Source: Bdellovibrionota bacterium (GTDB lineage Bacteria; Bdellovibrionota_C; UBA2361; SZUA-149; CAZDWZ01). From it: a stretch of 64,000 bases of DNA. Positions 18,281 to 27,594 of this stretch are shown one piece after another. Under the pieces are notes generated by a model. That model saw only the letters and a list, made by a program, of their open reading frames with translations. It searched no databases and was not told where the DNA came from. The first letter of the stretch is position 1, and each line of letters starts with the position of its first letter. Location: NCBI GenBank assembly GCA_046328905.1, contig JAXLVP010000001.1, positions 151,025-215,024 of the forward strand. The letters run 5' to 3'. Both the position numbers and the translations under genes were made by a program.

Positions 18281-19444
18281 TCAGCGCTCGTCCTGCGGCT
18301 CGTCCTCTTGCCCCTTCTCGTCGGTTGAGCGCTCCACCGGAAACTCAGCTGCGTTTAGCGGATAGTCATTCGCCGCCGGAATCCGCTCGGCGCGCGTTCC
18401 ACGGCGATAGTAGCGTGTGCGAATCCAAAACGACTCCGGGATCTTCTTCGTCGTCTCGAGCCATTGATACAAGGAGTCGGCGACGATGCGGTGCGCGATT
18501 TCGTTGGGGTGGCTGTCGATGGTCGGAATGACTGTCAAGCGATCGGGCGGAAGCCCGGCAAAGGAATCAAAGAGGTCGAGGCTTGGAACTCCAATCGCCG
18601 AGAGATAGGAAGTGATCTGTTGGTGGATCGCTTTAAACGGGTAAGAATCCTCAAGTGGCGTATAGAAGAGAGGAAAGACCATTGCAACAATCGGTACACC
18701 ATTTTCGTCTGCGAGCTGTTTCATCTGCTTGAGCGACGCCGTGAACAGCGGCCAACGTTCATCGGAGCGGTACATATCTTCGTAGTAGCGGATCAATTCG
18801 CTCAGCGTACCATTGTTATGGATTCTCTGGACGAGGTAGCCCAGACTTTTCCAGTGATAGAGGACGGGATGCGTCTCCTTTGTGATTTCGAGCTTTCCAA
18901 ATCGATAGCTTCGAGGATTCGCCCGCCGTTCGGCGTTCAGAGAATTCGGTTCCGGGTCGTTCAGAGTGATTTCGAGAACAATCAGATCGGGAGAATACCG
19001 AAGCGCTCTTTCCAGGATCGGTATCTCGGATTTGGACGACGCGCCCATCTGTCCAAAGTTCATGACTTCTGCGCGCAGTCGGCGCTCTGAAGCAGGAGTT
19101 AAGTTGAGCATCCTCTCGAGCCGCTTCGAGTAGGTGTCGTCGAACTGAAGGTGAGTCGGATACGTAAAGGAGTCGCCGATGGCAGCGATGCGAAACGTGT
19201 TTGCCGGCTTTTCGACGCTATAGGAGTAGTCGAATGGAGAAGCCGGCGCGGGCGCACCGTAATATACCGTCGGTCGATCGAGACGCAGCGGCTTGTCGTG
19301 CCTTGCTCGCAACCACAACCGAAATCCGACCTCCGTAAATACCGCGAAGACTACGAGGGCGGCGCATAACAAGGAAAAGCGAATAGTCCACTCCGAAGCT
19401 CTGCTCATCTGCCTATGCGTTGCCTCCGCTTCTTTCCGTTTCAC
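18281..19444 (-). CDS. SGNH/GDSL-family hydrolase, membrane anchored
   Basis: N-terminal TM helix. Block I is IAAIGDSFTYP and block V is DSHPNEIAH. Confidence 0.8.
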   Translation of the reverse strand: MKRKEAEATHRQMSRASEWTIRFSLLCAALVVFAVFTEVGFRLWLRARHDKPLRLDRPTVYYGAPAPASPFDYSYSVEKPANTFRIAAIGDSFTYPTHLQFDDTYSKRLERMLNLTPASERRLRAEVMNFGQMGASSKSEIPILERALRYSPDLIVLEITLNDPEPNSLNAERRANPRSYRFGKLEITKETHPVLYHWKSLGYLVQRIHNNGTLSELIRYYEDMYRSDERWPLFTASLKQMKQLADENGVPIVAMVFPLFYTPLEDSYPFKAIHQQITSYLSAIGVPSLDLFDSFAGLPPDRLTVIPTIDSHPNEIAHRIVADSLYQWLETTKKIPESFWIRTRYYRRGTRAERIPAANDYPLNAAEFPVERSTDEKGQEDEPQDER

Positions 19445-19551
19445 AGTTGCTGCTCATTGTTTCTACTGCGGTCGATTGACGTCATGCGAGCTCATCGCTT
19501 GGTGTGCACAATTTCGTATGCTCGCTCCGGAAGTCTTCTTTAGCTCGTTCA

Positions 19552-20931
19552 TCATCCCGGCGTATCTCCGCTCTTGCTCGAACGGACGCTGGAGCCTCCG
19601 AAGCACGCGGCAGCGAGAATGAGCAGAAGTGGGAGGATGGGCAAAAAGAACCGGTCCTCCGGCTTGTTGAAGACGGAAACAAGCAGGGCGAAGTACGCTG
19701 CTACTGTTGCCAGGAAGAGATGCAAGGAAACCGCGCCCGAGCGGCGAGCCCCGACCAGCGCACCAACTGCCGCGAATGCGGAGATGAGCCAGGGTCGAAT
19801 GGGGAATATCGCATAATACTTTTCTACGAGCGACCGCAGCGCCGGCACGTCTTTGTCGGGTTGGTTGGGGAATTCAGGTGAGCGGATCCACGCGCCTTGC
19901 GGTGACGTGAGAAATGCCGGACTCGTTTTCGTCGAAAAAGTAACGCTGTCGTAGGGCCAAAGGAAGAACGATAGGAAATACTCTGCTGAATTTCGGAGAT
20001 ACGGGAGAGGGTGCTCTCGAATCGCGCTCGTTGCGAACTTGAGCATCGCCCGGTCGATCTCTTGATAACTCAAGTCGTCTTTGCGCATTCGTGACACAAC
20101 TGTGAAGTAAGCTTGTTTTCCCTTCTCCTTTTCACGCTCCGCGATGGCCCGCAACTCTGCGAACTCATCTCCGGAGGGCGCTAACCCATCGCCGTCGAAA
20201 GTGCGGTGAAACGCGTTGAGGCCGATGTCTTTGGTCATCCCGAAAAAGTGATAGTTGAGCTGATTCGAGACGAGCCAGGGCAGTAGGAAAAGCACATATG
20301 AACCCAGGAGCGTGGCTGCGGCTATTCGTCGCGATAGCTGAGGAGCGGGGCGGAAGCAGTAAAACGCGAGCATGATCAGGATGAGCATCTGTGCGAGGGG
20401 GCGGACGAGGGTGACGCCGGCTGAGAGTGCTCCAAGGGTCCCAAACGCTACGACGCTCGGCTCCTCCAGTGAGCGAATCGCGCAATAGATGAGGAGCAAC
20501 AGTGTGGGGACGAAGAGCGCTTCACTCTGAATTACGGTTTCGTAATAGAGCTCGAGCGGGTGAATGGCGAAAACGAGCGCGGCCACAAAGGCGGCCCGAT
20601 GAGAAGTGAGTCTTTGAGCGATCGCAAAAACGAGAAGAGCGGACCCGACGCCGAGCAGATATTGTACCGCGACAATCGCTTTCCCGATTGAAGGGGTCGA
20701 ACCGGCAAGCAGAAAGAGGGCAAGAAAGGTCGAATAACCAGGTGTGCGATATACTGGATGATAAGCGAAGTCGCCGTGAGAGGCGATGCGCCTCGCCCAT
20801 TCGAGATATGCTAGCGAGTCCGGCCACAGCACGCCGCCTTGGCTAAGAAAGAGGACAGCGCGAGACCCGAGCGCCACCAGGAGGAGCACGATGTGCAACA
20901 CGCGAATTTGTTCGGGGGGCTGATCTGTCAC
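19552..20931 (-). CDS. GT-C fold membrane glycosyltransferase (GT39/ArnT/PMT_2-like)
   Basis: Polytopic protein of about 12 TM helices. The first periplasmic loop (GGVLWPDSLAYLEWARRIASHGDF) is typical of the dolichyl/undecaprenyl-phosphate-sugar transferase family. Confidence 0.7.
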   Translation of the reverse strand: MTDQPPEQIRVLHIVLLLVALGSRAVLFLSQGGVLWPDSLAYLEWARRIASHGDFAYHPVYRTPGYSTFLALFLLAGSTPSIGKAIVAVQYLLGVGSALLVFAIAQRLTSHRAAFVAALVFAIHPLELYYETVIQSEALFVPTLLLLIYCAIRSLEEPSVVAFGTLGALSAGVTLVRPLAQMLILIMLAFYCFRPAPQLSRRIAAATLLGSYVLFLLPWLVSNQLNYHFFGMTKDIGLNAFHRTFDGDGLAPSGDEFAELRAIAEREKEKGKQAYFTVVSRMRKDDLSYQEIDRAMLKFATSAIREHPLPYLRNSAEYFLSFFLWPYDSVTFSTKTSPAFLTSPQGAWIRSPEFPNQPDKDVPALRSLVEKYYAIFPIRPWLISAFAAVGALVGARRSGAVSLHLFLATVAAYFALLVSVFNKPEDRFFLPILPLLLILAAACFGGSSVRSSKSGDTPG

Positions 20932-21175
20932 GGAGTGGAGCTGGTGTAGCGAACGGACGGGGCGCTCAGGCGATTCACCGCCGCTGCCTTATTGCATTCG
21001 GGGGGCGAGCGGAGCCCAATCGATTCGGTGAGCTGAGCTTTATCCCGAATTCATGTCGAAGAGAAGTCTTTTGACAGAGACTTTTGCCAGAGAAACGAGC
21101 AGGCATGAAAAAGCGGCGCTGGATAGTGAATAGAGCGCGGATATCCTCCGTCCAACGCCCCGACGCCGGACCAGG

Positions 21176-21901
21176 TTACCCGTAAGTCGGCTTTTGCGGC
21201 CAGCCTGCGGGGGAATCTTCGAAATCCTCCTGACGGCCATATGGCGTGCAGTCGAGTAGTGGGTAAGCATCCGTCAGACGTTCCACCCCGCGCGCGTAGG
21301 TGGAATATGTGTGATACACGGTGTCGTCTATTCGGAAGAAGACGCTGAGCCCCTGTGTCTCTCCTCGATACGTCCACGGAGCGCCTTTCTTTGCTTCCAT
21401 TTCCGCTTCACTGCGATAGTTCATCTGACGAGGTGTCACTCTGTCGTCGAGTGTGACGTGGAAGTCGTAGTTGAAGTCCGATCCGAACGATGAATACCAC
21501 GGGAGCGTCCAACCTCGCTCCTCTTTGTAGCGCTCGAGCTTCGCGAGCGGGGCTCTCGAGATGAGAGCAAAAGACGTCCTTCTTTCCCCGAGTAAGCTTA
21601 GATCGCCAAGGGCATCAACGAAGCTCGTGCAACCGCTGCATCCTTTTTCCCAGTCGGGATCGAACATGAAGTGGTAGACGATAAGCTGCTGCCGTCCATC
21701 GAAGAGGTCAATCAGCGTGACCTTTCCCTGTGGCCCGTCGAGCTCGTACCGTTTGTCGAGCCGGACCATCGGGAGCCGACGTCGGAGCGCGTTCACTTCG
21801 TCCTGTCTCCGTGTGAGCGCCTTCTCTTCTTCGAGCAATCTTTTGCGTTGAGTTGCCCATTCTTCTGCCGAGACTACGGGTGGATGGGGAAGTGTGGCCA
21901 T
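21176..21901 (-). CDS. DUF899 thioredoxin-fold protein
   Basis: The ATG at 21901 ([10 protein letters not shown]) follows [29 protein letters not shown] and [16 protein letters not shown] are hallmark DUF899 segments. Confidence 0.85.
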   Translation of the reverse strand: MATLPHPPVVSAEEWATQRKRLLEEEKALTRRQDEVNALRRRLPMVRLDKRYELDGPQGKVTLIDLFDGRQQLIVYHFMFDPDWEKGCSGCTSFVDALGDLSLLGERRTSFALISRAPLAKLERYKEERGWTLPWYSSFGSDFNYDFHVTLDDRVTPRQMNYRSEAEMEAKKGAPWTYRGETQGLSVFFRIDDTVYHTYSTYARGVERLTDAYPLLDCTPYGRQEDFEDSPAGWPQKPTYG

Positions 21902-22119
21902 GAGCGTCCTCAAGAGAGTGATTTGCTCGATTATATCGATACGGAAAACATGGTTCCGTGCGCTGCGTCATGGACGACCAAGAGTTATGGAGCGGCGCAG
22001 ATCGCAGAGTGTTTGAACCCTCGATCCGCGCCTCTCCATGATCTGCACCCAGCTTTGAACGCAGGGTACGTCAGAGTCGCACGTGATGAACCGGTTCGTA
22101 GAGGTGCGGTGATGGTCGG

Positions 22120-22740
22120 TTACTCATTGACCGCGAACAGCACCAGGGGGAGACAGGGGCGATGCTTCGGCAGATGCCAGAATCTCCTTCGGTGAGGTTT
22201 CAGGGGCGAGAGCCACGGTGCGCTGCTGACGGCCTCGGTGAGGGCGCTTGCCGAGCCTTCACCTGAAGAAGTGGGCGAAGGCGTGTGAACGGCGATGGAA
22301 GCTTCGACGAGCTGAATCTCCCGGTCCGGCAGGTTGAATCCGTAGACCGACTCCACGACGACATACGGCAGCCGGCTGGGAACGGCTCCGTCGAGTCCTC
22401 CCAGATGAACCTGGAAGGTGCTTCGCCGGGACTCACGCTTGGTGGCTTGCGTACACACCACCCACAACGTGAAGTCGCCGTTGGGCCCATGCCGCGTCAG
22501 CCACTTCCCCTTGGTTTCGATCGCCTCGCAGACGATCTCGTCGGCCTTGGGACCGTCGATCCGGAGAAGCTCCATGAGCGCGTGCCGAGTCTTGGTGCCG
22601 TTGAAGCCTGCGGCTCCGATCTCCACGATGCTCGTGCGGTCGGCGAACGTCCGAATACCGATGCCATCGCCATCCATCGCAAGATCTCCCGAACGAGAAC
22701 CACTGATCGTCAAAACACGGAGGAGCGCACAACGGAACAA
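22120..22740 (-). CDS. Doubtful hypothetical protein; strand uncertain
   Basis: A 206-aa minus ORF and a 185-aa plus ORF cover the same DNA. The minus frame reads more protein-like (IVEIGAAGFNGTKTRHALMELLRIDGPKADEIVCEAIETKGKW) but ends in a low-complexity tail. No RBS or family supports either strand. Confidence 0.3.
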   Translation of the reverse strand: MFRCALLRVLTISGSRSGDLAMDGDGIGIRTFADRTSIVEIGAAGFNGTKTRHALMELLRIDGPKADEIVCEAIETKGKWLTRHGPNGDFTLWVVCTQATKRESRRSTFQVHLGGLDGAVPSRLPYVVVESVYGFNLPDREIQLVEASIAVHTPSPTSSGEGSASALTEAVSSAPWLSPLKPHRRRFWHLPKHRPCLPLVLFAVNE

Positions 22741-22999
22741 GCTCGAGTGAAGGTGGGGCAGATCGCTCTGCGCTCGGCCGGGTTGATGAAGATCGAAAAC
22801 CGAATTGCGATTGCGCGTTGCTCCTTCGGAAATGCAGCGTAGATTGAGGGACGATGCACTATCGAAGCAGGACGCACAGTACGGGGGATGTTGAGCTGAG
22901 AAAGAGCTCGTCGGAGAACGGGCCGCTTAAGGACTTGTTACCGTACAGATTCCGCTAAGGCAATCCGACCGTTCGTCAGACGGTGGGAAAGGAGGTTGC

Positions 23000-23941
23000 T
23001 TATTGCACGTATCCGCTTGCAGACTCCGCGACTGCCCGCACTCGTGCAGCTTGTTCTCGCAACCTTGCCGTCGCGGACTTCGAGCAATGCGTATGAAAGT
23101 GATCAATGTCGTCGAGGGCGAGGTTTTTTCTGCCGAGAGTGTTGTGCAGATCGGCCAGGGACAGCCAGCCTTCGGCCCACGACGGGTCTTCCTCGAGCAG
23201 CCGAGAATACAAATTGCACGCCTCCTCGAGGTTCCCTACGCGAGCCGTACACCATGCCTGACGTCGGAGAAGCTCCGGGTGATCTGAAACGAGCTGTAAT
23301 CCTTGCTTTATGAGAGACAGTGCTTCGAGATACTTGCCCTTACGGCCCAGGATCAGGGCACGCCGTTCGTAAGGCATCGGATCGTCCGGCTTTAAGGAGC
23401 CTGCTCGCATCAAGAGCTCGAACGCCGAGTCCAATTGATCTGACGCAATGAATGCGGCGCTGAGCTCGCCGAGCACATCGAAGCGATCGCCGTGCGCTGC
23501 AAGCCAAGTTTCATAAAGCACGCAAGCGCGCTCTGTCTCGCCTGCGAGAACTGCGGCCTGTGCCTCGCGCAGGGTCTGGTCGTCGGTCGCTGTCAGCGCG
23601 GCTAGGTGCTCTGAAGCTTTCAATTTGATGGTCTCAGGGCAGTCCGTCGTTCCGATCACCGATTGAAAAAGCGTCGCTGCGACGTCACGATCGCGTAGGC
23701 CCTCGGCTATCTCTCCCCGGTAATAGTTGTAAAGCGCAGGGTGTTTGGCACTGTCAATCGAGCTGAGCTCTTGCAGCCCGTCGCTCCACCGATGCTGAGC
23801 GATCAGCTTCGCGACTTTCGCGAAGCGTTCCGGGGCCTGTTGATCGATGGATTTGGGAGGTCGGCGAAGAGGTTTGGAGGCAGCTTGGCGGTACACCAGC
23901 CAGCAGACAGCGAATATGACAAAGTAACCAATGACAGGCAT
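23000..23941 (-). CDS. TPR-repeat protein with N-terminal membrane anchor
   Basis: MPVIGYFVIFAVCWLVY anchor followed by repeated 34-residue A/L/Y-rich helices (for example YLEALSLIKQGLQLVSDHPELLRRQAWCTARVGNLEEACNLYSRLLEEDP). Confidence 0.8.
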   Translation of the reverse strand: MPVIGYFVIFAVCWLVYRQAASKPLRRPPKSIDQQAPERFAKVAKLIAQHRWSDGLQELSSIDSAKHPALYNYYRGEIAEGLRDRDVAATLFQSVIGTTDCPETIKLKASEHLAALTATDDQTLREAQAAVLAGETERACVLYETWLAAHGDRFDVLGELSAAFIASDQLDSAFELLMRAGSLKPDDPMPYERRALILGRKGKYLEALSLIKQGLQLVSDHPELLRRQAWCTARVGNLEEACNLYSRLLEEDPSWAEGWLSLADLHNTLGRKNLALDDIDHFHTHCSKSATARLREQAARVRAVAESASGYVQ

Positions 23942-24461
23942 TCAGCGACTCCAGCTCTCCTTCAATTGTATCGTAAAAATGAGATCTCCACTTGAGCGCC
24001 GAAAGTGAACGTTTCGCAAGCCCAAAAGAGGTTCACGTATTTCCGAACGACCTCCCAGTGAAAGCTCGACTCGGCGACGGGGCCGCCGGGTCAGGTAGGA
24101 GGGGAGATCTTCGCCTCTCCTTCATCGTATGACGTGGAAATCCGAAGCCTTATTCAGAGGAATTGGCGCGAGCGGTAGCTGCTTCGGATCGAATCAGGTG
24201 AGATCCCGCAACTGCCGTCGACCGGTCCCTCCCGGGAGCCTACGTTTCTGATCTGTTACGGGGTGGCGGCGGCCCGGGAGCCGCTTCGTCGACCAAACCG
24301 CTCTTGGAAGGAACGTTGGTAGAGCGCGTTCAGCTCTGCCCAAGCTTATTTCTGAACGTTGCAACGGACCTGGCGGTTGGCTGGAGATGTCGTAAGTCGC
24401 TGTGAATGCCTGAACGCTTCAGTTGGGAGGAACGGGCTCGGATCCGCAAAAAAATCTTCCG

Positions 24462-24506
24462 GCGCTCTGTGAACGATCCTGTTTCGATCGTATATTTTCA
24501 GAGCGC
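24462..24506. other. Stem-loop with flanking homopolymer tract in the long intergenic region
   Basis: GCGCTCTG (24462-24469) pairs with CAGAGCGC (24499-24506), with an inner ACGATC/GATCGT stem. An A7 run at 24448-24454 gives T7 on the minus strand, 7 nt after the stem. Confidence 0.35.
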
Positions 24507-24623
24507 AACTGAGCGCGCGCGCATTTTGATTTCGCAAAAAACTTTGGGTAGTTGGCAGCTTTGCTCAGTTCTGTCCGCTACAATGAACGAACGGTTAAAG
24601 CTGTTCATTCAATCGAGGTTGTT

Positions 24624-25508
24624 ATGCGTTGTTGTTTTCTGTTGCGCGTTCCCGTCAACCGTTTCGCAAGTACTGCCAACGTGTGCCTCTTCTTTGCGGG
24701 GCTATCTCTCGGCGCTGTCCACGTAGCGTTTGCGGCACCCGCTTTTCTGGAGGACGGGGAAGTTACCGCCGAGGTTCCTCCGGTGGCACCGATCGTCGCT
24801 CCGTCGCCTACCGAGCCTCCGACTATTCCGGTCAATGATGTTGACTGTAGTGATCCACCCACGAGCCCGAGACCGGTCGTGACAGGTTCCGGAGACCTTT
24901 GTTGGGGGCTCAAGGACGAGCCGGGAGAGATGCCGGCGCTCGATCCGCAGGCTCCGGCCCCAGTAGGTGGTATCGGAGCCAAGCCGATCGTCGGATTTTG
25001 CTGTCATCCAAACAAAACGGGCGAATTGGGTGGCCCCGCGTTTTGTCCTCCAGGAACGAGCGGGCCAATCCTCGGTGCCGGTTCCGGACGTCCGGGGATC
25101 TGTTGCTCTTCGCAAAACATGCCGAACCCCAATTTTCCAAAGGACGGAAATCCGATCTGTATACCGGACCCTTACAAGCGTCCGAAGCCGGAAGAGCCCG
25201 ATTACGATCAGTGCAAGGCTCGAGCGATCGGCAGCTGGCCGCGCCCGGGTATGCGAAAGGATCTGAGTGAGGCGAATACGGTTCTGTCATTTTGCTGCGC
25301 GGGGAAAGTCGCCGAGCGCATTGGAAGTGACGGAGACGAAGATAAAACAAAGCTTTGTGGAACGTGCTGCGATCAGGGGACGCCCTATCAGTTCGAGTCT
25401 CCAGTTTCGGGTACACCGTCAGGCCCCGGCGACTACAATAAGTCGTGCATGGCGGCCTGCGACGGTCTTGCGACATCGATACTGTTGAACAGCGCGTCGA
25501 GCGAATAG
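24624..25508 (+). CDS. Secreted Pro-rich, Cys-rich protein (16 Cys, four CC doublets), unknown family
   Basis: GAGG lies 5 nt before the ATG at 24624. Signal peptide MRCCFLLRVPVNRFASTANVCLFFAGLSLGAVHVAFA-AP. The mature part contains FCCHP, ICCSS, FCCAG and TCCDQ. Confidence 0.65.
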   Translation: MRCCFLLRVPVNRFASTANVCLFFAGLSLGAVHVAFAAPAFLEDGEVTAEVPPVAPIVAPSPTEPPTIPVNDVDCSDPPTSPRPVVTGSGDLCWGLKDEPGEMPALDPQAPAPVGGIGAKPIVGFCCHPNKTGELGGPAFCPPGTSGPILGAGSGRPGICCSSQNMPNPNFPKDGNPICIPDPYKRPKPEEPDYDQCKARAIGSWPRPGMRKDLSEANTVLSFCCAGKVAERIGSDGDEDKTKLCGTCCDQGTPYQFESPVSGTPSGPGDYNKSCMAACDGLATSILLNSASSE

Positions 25509-25632
25509 TGCGCGCCGACTGCGACACGGTGTTTCACCGTGTCGCAGGATTCTCAGCGCGGCGGAGAATGTCGGGTTCGGGACTTGGATCCCGAACCTGT
25601 CGCGCCGACAAAGCAAGTCGGTCGGTAAACCT

Positions 25633-26058
25633 CTAGAGCGGAAGCGAGAGTGCGACGCTCACCCAGAGGCTACTCAAGCTGAAATAGCCGAGCCGCCGGT
25701 GAAGCTTCATGTCGGACTGTTGTCGAGCAAGAAGGATCTTGCGGCCGATGATCGCGAGCATGATCGCTGAGTATCCGTAGACGACGCCTGAAAGCACGTG
25801 CGGAATCAGGACCGCGTAATAGTACCACTCATGATGGTGGCTGACTGACGTTCCCAGAACGCCGCGGGTGACGACTCCATGCGCAAAGATCATGCAGAGG
25901 CCCAGAAACGCGGCAAGCTCCAGGGAGACATGCGCCATGGTCTTGCGCCTCAAGAGCACGCCGGCGAGAGCAAGCAGTGCAAGAACGAAGAAGGTGACTT
26001 TGACCCAGCCCCAATTGAGAGGGCACAGACGATGAAACATCAGCTCGAATTCGGCCAC
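25633..26058 (-). CDS. Four-TM membrane protein, possibly DUF420-like
   Basis: 141 aa with four hydrophobic helices, His residues within the helices and a terminal HRRLGYFSLSSLWVSV. The family assignment is tentative. Confidence 0.55.
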   Translation of the reverse strand: MAEFELMFHRLCPLNWGWVKVTFFVLALLALAGVLLRRKTMAHVSLELAAFLGLCMIFAHGVVTRGVLGTSVSHHHEWYYYAVLIPHVLSGVVYGYSAIMLAIIGRKILLARQQSDMKLHRRLGYFSLSSLWVSVALSLPL

Positions 26059-26370
26059 AAGACGGCTCCTTAAAACAGGGTGACGGCGAAGTGCCGTGGT
26101 AAAATGGTGAAGGGAAGTCCCTTACCCCGGCGGAGCGGAGTGACTCGGCGCAGCTCGGCGGGGATAAGGTAGCAACACGAGAAGAGAACGCCGGAAGAGA
26201 TCGAAGCACGAACGATTCGTGCTCGAAACGACTACACGATCCGACTCTCAGTGTCTATTCATCGCTTTTTACGGGGACGATAGCGATACCGACAAAGGTG
26301 AGAGTATCGACCGCGGGCCCATCCCACCGCGGAGCTGTCCAACGTCGACAGCTCCGCGCTAACCTGCTGC

Positions 26371-27255
26371 TCAATGGAGGAACGTGAACGCTGCGGTTCG
26401 TTGGTTCTCCAATTGCAGAAACCGGCTCGATTCGCTGCGCCAGACCTTGAGCTGCTCCGTCAGCTGCGCGTGTTGAGGTAGGCTCGGCGGGATATGATAG
26501 CCTTCGAGTGTTCGCTCGGTTGCAGCATGAGCTTCGACCATGACCTGTGCAGTGGGGTGAATCTCAAGGAGCTCCCGAACGAGCTGGCCTCCGAGCGCGA
26601 AGAGTTGGGACTGCGGTGGATGTTCCACGCTCGTGTCGAGATGAGCGACCTCCGCGAGGAGCTGTGCCACTCGGACGATCGCTGCGCGTCCGCGGAAATA
26701 CGCGCGCCGGCGCAGGGCATTCGTCCGATAGTGCTGGATCTCCCGGTGCCAAGGGGATGCGTCAACTGTCAGCTCAGATCGGAGCCGTCTGAAGTAAACA
26801 TCGAACTTGTCGTGCAAGCGAAGCTCGTCGGTGTGAGCTTCGTCTTCCCACTGGGCGCGCGTGAGCAAGCGTTCGAGAGAGCCGTCTCCCGGGAGCTGCT
26901 CGTGTCGGCGTACGACGTGTGCGCCTTCATGTCCGAGCGCGTTTGCGCAGTAGAGAAGGTAGCCGACATGCGAGCTCGCAGCGTAGATGCTTCCTCCGAG
27001 GAACGCGAAATGGGCATCGTCCGACGGTCGCTCAGGGCAACGCCCGAGGTCCAGTATTGGAGCTTGTCGTTCGAGCAGCGCGAGAACGGCGGGCTCTTTC
27101 GCGGCAACGGAAGCGAGCAGGCCTACGGCGGAGTTCACCCATGACGCAGTTTGCAGGGTCCAGCCATCGCGACCGGCCGAAACGATTTGGCGCATGGGCG
27201 TGGAGAGGGGAGGGACGAGGCTGCGATAGTGGATCTGGTGGTCGCGCGTGTACAT
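26371..27255 (-). CDS. Hypothetical protein with HExxH motif (possible zincin)
   Basis: 294-aa ATG ORF containing ALGHEGAHVVRRHEQ, with no signal peptide. The hairpin GGAGCTGTC...GACAGCTCC lies just downstream (about 26321-26347). The 216-aa plus-strand ORF is judged a shadow. Confidence 0.55.
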   Translation of the reverse strand: MYTRDHQIHYRSLVPPLSTPMRQIVSAGRDGWTLQTASWVNSAVGLLASVAAKEPAVLALLERQAPILDLGRCPERPSDDAHFAFLGGSIYAASSHVGYLLYCANALGHEGAHVVRRHEQLPGDGSLERLLTRAQWEDEAHTDELRLHDKFDVYFRRLRSELTVDASPWHREIQHYRTNALRRRAYFRGRAAIVRVAQLLAEVAHLDTSVEHPPQSQLFALGGQLVRELLEIHPTAQVMVEAHAATERTLEGYHIPPSLPQHAQLTEQLKVWRSESSRFLQLENQRTAAFTFLH

Positions 27256-27594
27256 CTCGGTTCCTCTGCGGCACTTGCCGTCTCAGTTTGAAAACCTCGG
27301 GTAGGGTAATGGGCCTGCAGCACAGAGCATGTGGAACCGACATCTTTGTGCGACAGGCAGAACGGTTTGCGCTGAATCGTAGTGAAGAGAACGAATTGCG
27401 ATGAAGGGCACTGGGCTGCGTGGAGCAATGCTTTGTTCGAACGATTGGGGAGGATATCAGCAGATGCGACCGGGAATCAATTCCGGCAAAAAAGCTGAAT
27501 TCGCTCTCAAAGTATCGCAAAGAGTTTCGAGTGCCTAACGGTCGGTGATGGATTCGAGCGGTGAATCGCTTGGAGATTGGGTTTCGAGTGGCTG

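Noticed and set aside
24197-24214. GGTGAGATCCCGCAACTG resembles the cobalamin riboswitch core (GGTG-AAATCC...CCCGCAACTG)
   Set aside because: The P4 hairpin spacing between the two blocks is missing. I could find no B12 box (AGYCMGGAGACCKGCC-like) or GCCACTG element. The downstream gene is not B12-related. A covariance-model scan would settle it.
24553-24564. TGGCAGCTTTGC looks like a sigma-54 -24/-12 element upstream of the Cys-rich protein gene
   Set aside because: The GG-to-GC spacing is 3 nt shorter than the TGGCAC-N5-TTGC consensus, and no enhancer-binding protein gene is nearby.
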